A stretch of DNA of 14,943 bases from Candidatus Methylomirabilia bacterium (GTDB lineage: Bacteria; Methylomirabilota; Methylomirabilia; Rokubacteriales; CSP1-6). The notes under the pieces are model-generated. The model had not been told where the DNA came from and ran no database searches. It was given only the letters and a program-made list of their open reading frames with translations. This document shows, piece after piece, positions 5,277 to 13,245 of this stretch. A program made the position numbers and the translations under genes. The stretch spans positions 1 to 14,943 of the forward strand of contig JBGQHJ010000121.1 in the NCBI GenBank assembly GCA_041497895.1, given 5' to 3'. Positions within the stretch are counted from its first letter, which is position 1. The number at the start of each line of letters is the position of its first letter.

Positions 5277-7419
5277 GGCCGAGGTAGCTGAGGACGAGGA
5301 CGGCCATGTCGTCGGAGGCCTCCGCGGCGCCGGTGAACGCGGCCACGTCCTGCCGGATGGCGTCGCCGATCTCGCCCGCGGTCTTTCCCGCGCCCAGGCC
5401 GGTCAGCAGGGCCTCGAGACGGAGCCGGCCGTAGAGCTCCCCGTCGGCGCGGGCGGCCTCGGTGATGCCGTCGGTGATCAGGCACAGCACGTCGCCCGGC
5501 TCGAGCTGGTGCGACGCCGCGGTGTAGTCGAAGCCGTCCACCGCGCAGAGCGGCGGGCCGCCGCCCTCGGTGAGCCGTGAGAGCGGCCGGCTCGCGCGCG
5601 GCAGCAGGAACGGCGGCTCGTGACCGGCGCTGCAGTACTCGAGCGCGCCGGTGCGCGCGTCGAGGATGCCGGCCAGCACCGTGACGAACAGCCCCTCCGC
5701 GTTGTCACGCGAGATCTCCGTGTCCGCCTCGCGCATCATGGCGGCCACCTGTCCGTGGCGCCGCAGGGCGGTGCTCTTGTACAGCGCCTTGCTGATCGCC
5801 ATGAAGAGGCTGCCGGGGAGACCCTTGCCGGAGACGTCGCCGATCATGAAGAAGAGGTGATCGGCGTCCAGGAAGAAGAAGTCGTACAGATCGCCGCCCA
5901 CCTCCCGCGCCGGGTCGAGCCGGGCGTAGAGATCGAATCGGCGCTCGGCCGGGAAGACGACCGACGGGCGCGGAAGCGTGCCCATCTGGATGCGCCGCGC
6001 CGCCTCCAGCTCGCCGGCGAGGCGCGCGGCCGCCTCCCGCTGCTGCTCGACCTGGCGGCGCAGGGCGCGCCGGCGGCTCTCGGTCTCGGTGAGGGTGACC
6101 GCGAGCATCACGGTATAGAGCACGGCCAGGCCCAGGGCGGGCGTGGCCGCGTCGACCAGGAGCCCGCGCGTGCGATAGGCGACGAAGCCGAGCGCGAGCA
6201 CGACCACGATCACGGCCAGCAGCAGGGCCGCCGACACGCGAGGCCGGAACCGGGGCACCGCGAACACGAGGAGCAGGCCGGCCGCGGCGAGGATCACCAG
6301 CTCGAGCCCGCGGGCGAGCGGCGGGCGGGTGAGCAGGGCGCCCTCGAAGATGCCCTCGAGGAGCTGGGCGTGGATCTCGATCCCGGGCATCTGATCGGTC
6401 ACCGGCGTGGCCTGATAGTCGGAGAGGCCGAACGCGGTGGCCCCGATCAGCACGAGGCGATCCCGGAACCGCTCGGGCTCGACCCGGCCCGCGAGCACGT
6501 CGACAGCGGAGACGAAGCGGCCCGGATCCGATCGCCCGTAGTGCAGCCACACGCGGCCGTCGGGCTCGGTGGGGATGACCAGGTCGCCGACCCCGACCGC
6601 CTCGACGCCGCCCCGGCCCACCCGCGCCGACAGCGCGGGCGCGCCCGCCGCCACGCGCAGCATCTCGAGCCCGAGCCCGGGTACGAGTATGTCGCCCACC
6701 GTGGCCAGCAGCGGCATGCGCCGCACCACGCCGCGCTCCGGGTCCATGCTCACGAGGCCGCGCCCGGCCGCGGCCGTGTCGATCTCCACGATGCTGCGGA
6801 GCGCGCCCGCGAAGTGGCGCACGAACGGCGCGGGGTCGCCGCCGACCGCGTGGACCGGCGGGGCGCCGAGCCCGCCCGGCATCGCGGTCTCGGCGGAGTC
6901 GACCCCGACCAGGGCCAGGACGGTCGGTCGGCCGCGGAGCGCATCGGCCAGCACCGCGTCGTTGCTCGGCATGGCGGCGAGCTTCCGGGCCACCGCGGGG
7001 TCGAGCCCGTCGAGGAGGCCCGCGATCCGCCCGGGCGAGAGCCGATCGACCTCGGGCATGAAGATGTCGATCCCGATCGCGGCGGGGCGCGCCTCCGCCA
7101 CCCGCGCCACGAGACGCCCCAGCCAGCTCCTCGGCCACGGCCATTGCTCGAGCCGGTGCAGGCTCTCCTCGTCGATGGCGACGATGACCACCGGGGCGGA
7201 GCGCGGCACCCGCGGGGAGAGGCTCTGGTAGGCGTCGAACGAGGCGAGCCGCAGGGGGCGCAGGCCCGGCAGCTCCGGAACGAGCACCGCGACCACGAGC
7301 AGGAGGAGCAGGAGGACACCGAGCGGCCGGCCGCGCCCACCGCGCAGCGCGCGGGCCCAGCGCCGCTCGGCCCAGTAGGCGTCCGCGCTCGGCGGCGGCG
7401 CACCCTCCGGCGCGGTCAG
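5263..7419 (-). CDS. CHASE2-sensor PP2C/SpoIIE (RsbU-like) Ser phosphatase; probable CTG start (718 aa), alternative GTG start at 7296
   Basis: CHASE2 motifs VVIVAIDEESL, QWPWPR, IGIDIFMPE, LVLIGATA and PGIEIHAQ. Three TM helices follow, then a coiled coil (ELEAARRIQ). PP2C motifs EVGGDLYD, IGDVSGKG, SAGHEPP, TDGITEA and SDDMAVL. The start position is uncertain (see findings). Confidence 0.92.
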   Translation of the reverse strand: MTAPEGAPPPSADAYWAERRWARALRGGRGRPLGVLLLLLLVVAVLVPELPGLRPLRLASFDAYQSLSPRVPRSAPVVIVAIDEESLHRLEQWPWPRSWLGRLVARVAEARPAAIGIDIFMPEVDRLSPGRIAGLLDGLDPAVARKLAAMPSNDAVLADALRGRPTVLALVGVDSAETAMPGGLGAPPVHAVGGDPAPFVRHFAGALRSIVEIDTAAAGRGLVSMDPERGVVRRMPLLATVGDILVPGLGLEMLRVAAGAPALSARVGRGGVEAVGVGDLVIPTEPDGRVWLHYGRSDPGRFVSAVDVLAGRVEPERFRDRLVLIGATAFGLSDYQATPVTDQMPGIEIHAQLLEGIFEGALLTRPPLARGLELVILAAAGLLLVFAVPRFRPRVSAALLLAVIVVVLALGFVAYRTRGLLVDAATPALGLAVLYTVMLAVTLTETESRRRALRRQVEQQREAAARLAGELEAARRIQMGTLPRPSVVFPAERRFDLYARLDPAREVGGDLYDFFFLDADHLFFMIGDVSGKGLPGSLFMAISKALYKSTALRRHGQVAAMMREADTEISRDNAEGLFVTVLAGILDARTGALEYCSAGHEPPFLLPRASRPLSRLTEGGGPPLCAVDGFDYTAASHQLEPGDVLCLITDGITEAARADGELYGRLRLEALLTGLGAGKTAGEIGDAIRQDVAAFTGAAEASDDMAVLVLSYLGPTGR

Positions 7420-7429
7420 GCCGCGCCCC

Positions 7430-8386
7430 TCAGAGTGTGATCTCCAGGCCGTCGTAGGCGGCCTGGACCTCCACCCGATGGTCGCCGCGGGTGATCTCCT
7501 CCAGCCGGCGCGTCTCGGCCAGCAGCGCCGCGATGCGCTCGTCGTCGAAGATCGGCTCGTGGTGGTAGAGGCACAGACGCTGCGCCCGCGCGAGCTGACA
7601 CATCTCCACCCCCACCACGTTGCTCGAGTGCCCCCAGTCCTCCTTGACCGAGATGGCGTCGGCGAGCGAGTACTGGGCGTCGAAGATCACCAGGTCCGCC
7701 TCGCGGAAGAACTCCACGAAGGCCCTCACCTCCTCCGGATCGTCCTGCTTGTGCTCGGAGTCGGTGGAGTACACCACCACCTTGCCGTCGTGCTCGAGGC
7801 GATAGCCGTAGGAGTCGCCGCCGTGGTGCTGCCGCTTGGCCCGGACGCGCAGGCCGGCGACGTCGTAGTCACGCTCGGGCTCGAGCTGGATGAACTCGAT
7901 CTGGGCGCCCATCCGGGAGAAGTCGACCGGGAAGGATGGCGCCGCATTCTGCCGGCGGAACGCCTCCTCGAGGCGGTCGTGGCAGCCGTAGATGCGGACG
8001 TGGTTGCCGGGCAGGTACGCGGGCATGAAGAACGGGAACCCCATGATGTGGTCCCAGTGCAGGTGCGACATGAAGACGTGGAAGCGGTGGCCGCTCGGCC
8101 CGCCGGTGGCCAGCACGTTGTTGCCGAGCAGCCGCGCGCCGCTGCCCAGGTCGCACAGCACGTAGTCGGGGCCGCCGGTGTCGATCTGCACGCACGAGGA
8201 GTTGCCCCCGAAGGTGTGCGACACCGAGAAGTCGAGCTCCCACTCGACGAAGGCGCGCGCCTTGCCGGGGGTGTCGAGGCCGCGACCGGCCGCGGCCACC
8301 AGCGCGGTCACCAGCTTGCGCTTCACCTCCGCGGAGGTCATGGCCACCGGGATCGAGCCGCGCGTGCCCCAGAACCGGACGAGCAC
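7430..8386 (-). CDS. MBL-fold metallohydrolase (RNase Z/PhnP-like, putative phosphodiesterase), 318 aa
   Basis: FWGTRGSIP N-terminus, GGNSSC, DLGSG, HxHxDH motif SHLHWDH, then HHGG, YSTDSEH, DAQY, WGHS, YHHEP and AAYDGLEI. Confidence 0.9.
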   Translation of the reverse strand: MLVRFWGTRGSIPVAMTSAEVKRKLVTALVAAAGRGLDTPGKARAFVEWELDFSVSHTFGGNSSCVQIDTGGPDYVLCDLGSGARLLGNNVLATGGPSGHRFHVFMSHLHWDHIMGFPFFMPAYLPGNHVRIYGCHDRLEEAFRRQNAAPSFPVDFSRMGAQIEFIQLEPERDYDVAGLRVRAKRQHHGGDSYGYRLEHDGKVVVYSTDSEHKQDDPEEVRAFVEFFREADLVIFDAQYSLADAISVKEDWGHSSNVVGVEMCQLARAQRLCLYHHEPIFDDERIAALLAETRRLEEITRGDHRVEVQAAYDGLEITL

Positions 8387-8396
8387 GGCGCCCGGC

Positions 8397-8768
8397 TCAG
8401 GCCGCCTCGAAGGCGGCGAGCGCCTCGGTCGAAAGCGCGGCGAGGGCCTCGCGCAGCGAGGGGAAGACCTGGAGGACCAGGTTGAAGCGGCTGATCTCGA
8501 AGATCTCGCGCACCACGGGCTGGAGCCCGCACACCGCCAGCGTGCAGCCCTGGGCCTTCGCCTGCTTGGACGCGAGCATGAGCACGCGCAGGCCCACGCT
8601 GCTGATGTACTCCACCCCGGTCAGGTCGATCACCAGAGGGCCCCGGGCCGCGGCGGTGGCCAGGTGAGGAGCGAGCGCGGCCTTGAACTGCTCCGCGGTA
8701 GCGTGATCGATCCGGCCTTGCGGGAAGACCACGGCGGTGTCGGCGAAGCGCTTCGAGACCAGCTCCAT
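8397..8768 (-). CDS. RsbV/SpoIIAA-like STAS anti-anti-sigma factor, 123 aa
   Basis: GRIDHATA, LVIDLTGVEYISSVGLRVL (S57 aligns with the phosphoacceptor of the DSSGL motif) and VREIFEISRF. ATG 8768 has a G-rich RBS. Confidence 0.92.
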   Translation of the reverse strand: MELVSKRFADTAVVFPQGRIDHATAEQFKAALAPHLATAAARGPLVIDLTGVEYISSVGLRVLMLASKQAKAQGCTLAVCGLQPVVREIFEISRFNLVLQVFPSLREALAALSTEALAAFEAA

Positions 8769-8809
8769 GTCGATGCCCCCGGGTGCGTTCGATCGGAATC
8801 GGGGTGGCG

Positions 8810-8819
8810 ATTCTACCAT
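8810..8819. promoter_or_regulatory. Overlapping divergent -10 boxes between the STAS operon and the ABC exporter operon
   Basis: Minus extended -10 TGGTAGAAT (8818-8810) and plus TACCAT (8814-8819) lie within an 80-bp intergenic gap. Confidence 0.5.
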
Positions 8820-8848
8820 CATGGACACTTGTGGCACACTGGGACCTC

Positions 8849-10099
8849 GTGCCTGAACCGGTGACCTTGGAACAGTCCGACCTCCTCAAGCAGCTGCGCA
8901 TCGACCGCGGCCCCGATCGTCCGCCGCGCCGGCGCGGTCGTCTACTCGCGATCCTGGCCCTGGTCCTGCTGGTGGGCGGCGGCGGGCTCTGGCTCGGCTG
9001 GGGCCGCCTGCGGCCGCCGGTGGTGCAGACCACGGTGGCGCGCGCCGCCGCGCCCGGAGGCGGGGCCGGCTCGGTGCTCGACGCCAGCGGCTACGTCACC
9101 GCCCGGCTCCAGGCCACCGTCTCGGCCAAGATCACCGGCAAGGTCACCGAGGTGCTGATCGAGGAGGGCATGCGCGTGCGCGAGGGCGCGGTGCTGGCGC
9201 GCCTCGACGACACCGAGGCCCGCGCCGGGCTCGGCCTCGCGCAGGCCCAGCTCGTGGCCGCGCGCTCCCAGCTGGCCGAGGTGCGCGCGCAGCTCGAGCA
9301 GGCCGAGCGTGACTATGTCCGCCAGCAGGGCCTCTACGACCGGCAGCTCGTGAGCCCGCAGAGCCTGGACGCCGCGCTCGCCCAGCGCGACATGCTGCGG
9401 GCCCGGCTCGCCAGCACCCAGGAGCAGATCAAGGTGGCGCAGGAGTCGCTGTCGGTGGCGCAGGTGCAGCTCGACAACACCGTGATCCGCGCCCCCTTCA
9501 GCGGGGTGGTGGTGGCCAAGTCGGCGCAGCCGGGCGAGATGATCTCCCCGATCTCGGCCGGCGGCGGCTTCACCCGCACCGGCATCGGCACCATCGTGGA
9601 CATGGACTCGCTCGAGATCCAGGTCGACGTCAACGAGTCCTACATCAACCGCGTGACCCCCGGCCAGCCGGTGGAGGCCACGCTGAACGCCTATCCCGAC
9701 TGGAAGATCCCCGGCGCGGTGATCGCGATCATCCCGACCGCAGACCGGAGCAAGGCCACCGTCAAGGTGCGGATCGCGATCAAGACGCGGGACCCGCGGA
9801 TCGTGCCCGACATGGGCGTGCGGGTGGGCTTCCTCGACTCCAAGCCCGCGGGCGCCGCACCGGCGCCGGTGGCCGCGGGAGTGCTGGTGCCGGCCGAGGC
9901 GGTACGCCCCGACGGCCGCGACGGGATCGTCTTCGTCGTGACCGATAACAAGAAGGTGGAGCGCCGCCGGGTGACCCTGGGCCCGGACGTGGCCGGCCAG
10001 CGCCGCGTGGTGAGCGGCCTGCGCGAGGGCGAGCGCGTGGTGCTCGCGCCTCCCGCCGGCCTCGAGGACGGCCAGGCGGTGCGGCTCGGGGACAAGTGA
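8849..10099 (+). CDS. Periplasmic adaptor (MacA/HlyD-like membrane fusion protein), ~416 aa
   Basis: N-terminal TM anchor, lipoyl halves [11 protein letters not shown]...EG.RV..G.VLARLD and IRAPFSGVV...PGE, an alpha-hairpin, and [12 protein letters not shown]. The start could be GTG 8849, GTG 8861 or TTG 8867. Confidence 0.92.
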   Translation: MPEPVTLEQSDLLKQLRIDRGPDRPPRRRGRLLAILALVLLVGGGGLWLGWGRLRPPVVQTTVARAAAPGGGAGSVLDASGYVTARLQATVSAKITGKVTEVLIEEGMRVREGAVLARLDDTEARAGLGLAQAQLVAARSQLAEVRAQLEQAERDYVRQQGLYDRQLVSPQSLDAALAQRDMLRARLASTQEQIKVAQESLSVAQVQLDNTVIRAPFSGVVVAKSAQPGEMISPISAGGGFTRTGIGTIVDMDSLEIQVDVNESYINRVTPGQPVEATLNAYPDWKIPGAVIAIIPTADRSKATVKVRIAIKTRDPRIVPDMGVRVGFLDSKPAGAAPAPVAAGVLVPAEAVRPDGRDGIVFVVTDNKKVERRRVTLGPDVAGQRRVVSGLREGERVVLAPPAGLEDGQAVRLGDK

Positions 10100-10109
10100 G
10101 GGCGCGCGC

Positions 10110-10799
10110 GTGACGGTCCTGGTCGAGATCCGCGGCGTGACCAAGGTCTATCAGCGCGGCCGCGAGCGCATCGAGGTGCTGCACGGCGTCGACCTCGACA
10201 TCCCGAGCGGCGACTTCGTGGCCCTGATGGGCCCCTCCGGCTCCGGCAAGACCACCCTGCTCAACCTGATCGGCGGCCTCGACACGCCCACCGGCGGGAG
10301 CATCGTGGTGCAGGGCCGGCGCATCGATCGGCTCTCGGGCGGCGAGCTCGCGGACTGGCGCGCGGCCCACGTAGGCTTCGTCTTCCAGTTCTACAACCTG
10401 CTGCCCGCGCTCTCGGCCCTGCGCAACGTCGAGCTGCCGCTCTTGCTGACCGACCTGCCCTCGGCGGAGCGCCGCCGGCGGGCCCGCATCGCGCTCACCC
10501 TGGTCGGCCTCGAGGACCGCGCGCGCCACCGACCCCGCGAGCTCTCGGGCGGGCAGGAGCAGCGCGTGGCCATCGCGCGGGCCATCGTCTCCGACCCCAC
10601 CCTGCTGGTCTGTGACGAGCCCACCGGCGACCTCGATCGCGCCACCGCGGACGAGGTGCTGCGACTGCTCCAGATGCTCAACCGCGAGCACGGCAAGACG
10701 GTGGTGATGGTCACCCACGATCCGAAGGCGGCCGAGTACGCGCGCCGGCGCATCCACCTCGACAAGGGGGTCATGACCGGGGAGCCGGTGTCCTCGTGA
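10110..10799 (+). CDS. ABC transporter ATP-binding protein (MacB/LolD-like), 229 aa
   Basis: Walker [10 protein letters not shown]-loop GFVFQ, signature LSGGQEQR, Walker [10 protein letters not shown]-loop VTHD. Confidence 0.95.
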   Translation: MTVLVEIRGVTKVYQRGRERIEVLHGVDLDIPSGDFVALMGPSGSGKTTLLNLIGGLDTPTGGSIVVQGRRIDRLSGGELADWRAAHVGFVFQFYNLLPALSALRNVELPLLLTDLPSAERRRRARIALTLVGLEDRARHRPRELSGGQEQRVAIARAIVSDPTLLVCDEPTGDLDRATADEVLRLLQMLNREHGKTVVMVTHDPKAAEYARRRIHLDKGVMTGEPVSS

Positions 10800-11959
10800 G
10801 GTACCTCCCCCTGCTCTGGGCCGGCCTCTTCCGCAAGAAGACGCGCACCATCCTGACCCTGCTCTCGATCGTGGTCGCCTTCGCCCTCTTCGGCCTGCTC
10901 CAGGCGGTGCAGGCCGCCTTCGAGTCGGGCGCGGACGCCGCCGACGCCAAGCGCTTGCTCACCACCGCGCGCTACTCGATCATCGAGCCCCTGCCGATGG
11001 CCTACCAGCGGCGCATCGAGCAGGTGCCGGGCGTGGTGGGGGTCGCCTACGCGGACTGGTTCGGAGCCAAGTACCAGAACGAGTCCAACGCCTTCCCGGT
11101 CTTCGCGGTGGACCCGGCGCGCTACCTCGACATGTACCCGGAGTTCACCATCGCGCGCGAACAGCGGGAGGCCTTCGCCAAGACGCGCACCGGGGCGGTG
11201 GCGGGCAAGCGCCTGGCCGACCGGTTCGGATGGCGCGTCGGCCAGAGGCTGCCGATCAGCTCCGAGATCCATCCGAAGACCGACGGCAGCATGAACTGGG
11301 AGTTCGACCTGGTCGGCATCATCGACGCCGACGATCCGGCGGTGCGCGGCAACACCGACATGGTCCTGATCAACGTGGCCTACTTCGACGAGGCGCGCCA
11401 GATCGGGAAGGGCAAGACCGGCTGGTACATCGTGCGCATCGCGGACTCGACCCAGGCCCGCGGCATCTCGGCCTCGATCGACACGCTCTTCATGAACTCG
11501 CCCGACGAGACCAAGACCCAACCCGAGAAGGAATTCGCGATCGGGTTCGCCAAGCAGATCGGCGACATCGGCGCGCTCGTGACGCGCATCCTGATCGCGG
11601 TCTTCTTCACCATCCTGATCCTGACCGGCAACACCATGGCCCAGTCCATCCGCGAGCGCATCCCGGAGCTGGCCATCTTGAAGACGCTCGGGTTCTCCGA
11701 CGGCAAGGTCACCGCGCTGGTGCTGGCCGAGGCGGTGCTCCTGCTGATCCTGGGCGGCGCAATCGGCATGGGCGCGGCGGTCGCGGCCATGCCCGCGCTG
11801 AACGGCTCCACCGGCGGCCGTTTCCCTCCGCTCTTCGTGGGCCCCGAGACCTGGCTCCTCGCCGCCGCCATCACGGCCGTCGTCGCCCTCATCATCGGCC
11901 TCCCGCCTGCCCTCCGCGCGAACCGCCTGAAGATCGTCGACGCCCTGTCAGGGCACTAG
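10796..11959 (+). CDS. ABC transporter permease (MacB_PCD + FtsX), 387 aa
   Basis: [15 protein letters not shown]1, a large periplasmic domain, [18 protein letters not shown] and [14 protein letters not shown]. Overlaps the ATPase gene through GTGA. Confidence 0.93.
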   Translation: MRYLPLLWAGLFRKKTRTILTLLSIVVAFALFGLLQAVQAAFESGADAADAKRLLTTARYSIIEPLPMAYQRRIEQVPGVVGVAYADWFGAKYQNESNAFPVFAVDPARYLDMYPEFTIAREQREAFAKTRTGAVAGKRLADRFGWRVGQRLPISSEIHPKTDGSMNWEFDLVGIIDADDPAVRGNTDMVLINVAYFDEARQIGKGKTGWYIVRIADSTQARGISASIDTLFMNSPDETKTQPEKEFAIGFAKQIGDIGALVTRILIAVFFTILILTGNTMAQSIRERIPELAILKTLGFSDGKVTALVLAEAVLLLILGGAIGMGAAVAAMPALNGSTGGRFPPLFVGPETWLLAAAITAVVALIIGLPPALRANRLKIVDALSGH

Positions 11960-11964
11960 AAGAC

Positions 11965-13158
11965 ATGCGCACCCTGAGGCAGATTCTCGCCATCACCGCC
12001 ATGAACCTGCGCACCCTCCCGCAGCGGGTCGGGACGTCGCTGGTCGTCGTGGTGGGGATCGCGGGGGTGGTGGGAGTGCTGGTCTCGGTGCTGGCCATGT
12101 CCGAGGGCTTCCGCCACACCCTGGCCAGCACCGGGCGCGGCGACCGCGTCATCCTGCTGCGGGCCGGGTCGGACGCCGAGCTCTCGAGCGGCGTCGACCG
12201 CGACCAGGCCACGCTGCTGGCCGCCCTGTCCGGCGTCGCGCGAGACGGAGTCGGCCGTCCGCAGGCCTCGGCCGAGCTGGTGGTCATGGTGGACCTGCCG
12301 CGCAAGGGCGAGAGCAACCCCAACAACGTGCCGTTCCGTGGCGTGCAGCGCGCCGCCTTCACGATCCGCGACGAGGCGCGCCTGGTCGAGGGACGGCGCT
12401 TCGAGCCGGGCGTGCGCGAGGTAATGGTGGGCCGGAAGGCGGCCGCCCAGTTCGCCGGCCTCTCGGTCGGATCGCGCATCGCCTTCCGCGACAGCGACTG
12501 GACGGTGGTGGGCATCTTCGAGAGCGGCGGCGACGTGCACGAGTCCGAGATCTGGGCCGACGCGGAGGTGGCGATGTCGGCCTTCCGCCGCACCGGCTAC
12601 CAGTCGGTGACCGCGCGCCTCGCCGACGGCTCCGATCGGGGCCTCGGCGCCTTCCGGGACACGATCGCGCGCGATCCGCGCTTCTCGATCAACGTGCTCC
12701 GCGAGCCGGAGTACTACGCCAAGCAGGCCGGCGTGCTGTCGACCCTCATCAACGTGCTCGGCTACACGGTGGCCTCGTTCATGGCGGTGGGCGCGACCTT
12801 CGGCGCGCTCAACTGCATGTACTCCGCGATCGCGAGCCGCCAGGTCGAGATCGCCACCCTGCGGGCCATCGGATTCGGCGGGACGCCGGTGGTGGTCTCG
12901 GTGGTGATCGAGGCCCTGCTGCTCGCCCTGCTGGGCGGCGCGGTCGGCGGCACCCTCGCCTACCTCTACTGCGACGGGGCATCGCTCTCCACGCTCAACT
13001 TCAGCACCTTCTCCCAGGTGGGGTTCGACTTCCGGGTCACCCCGGGCCTGCTCCTGCGCGGTCTCGTCTGGGCCCTCGTCATCGGGGCCGCCGGCGGCCT
13101 GCCGCCCGCGGTGCGCGCGGCCCGCGTCCCGGTCACCGAGGCGTTGCGCACGCTCTAG
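11965..13158 (+). CDS. ABC transporter permease (MacB_PCD + FtsX), 397 aa
   Basis: ATG 11965 lies 5 nt after the previous stop. SLVVVVGIAGVVGVLV TM1, EGRRFEPG, RQVEIATLRAIGF and PAVRAARVPVTEAL. Confidence 0.93.
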   Translation: MRTLRQILAITAMNLRTLPQRVGTSLVVVVGIAGVVGVLVSVLAMSEGFRHTLASTGRGDRVILLRAGSDAELSSGVDRDQATLLAALSGVARDGVGRPQASAELVVMVDLPRKGESNPNNVPFRGVQRAAFTIRDEARLVEGRRFEPGVREVMVGRKAAAQFAGLSVGSRIAFRDSDWTVVGIFESGGDVHESEIWADAEVAMSAFRRTGYQSVTARLADGSDRGLGAFRDTIARDPRFSINVLREPEYYAKQAGVLSTLINVLGYTVASFMAVGATFGALNCMYSAIASRQVEIATLRAIGFGGTPVVVSVVIEALLLALLGGAVGGTLAYLYCDGASLSTLNFSTFSQVGFDFRVTPGLLLRGLVWALVIGAAGGLPPAVRAARVPVTEALRTL

Positions 13159-13176
13159 CCGCCGCGCCGCCCTCGG

Positions 13177-13205
13177 TTGACTGGCGCTCCCCGCCGGGCT
13201 AGCCT
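13177..13205 (+). promoter_or_regulatory. Sigma70-type promoter for the deacylase gene
   Basis: TTGACT (13177-13182), 17 nt spacer, TAGCCT (13200-13205). AGGAGG RBS at 13232-13237. Confidence 0.65.
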
Positions 13206-13245
13206 CGTCCGGTCAGGCAGCCCACACTCCCAGGAGGCCCCACCC

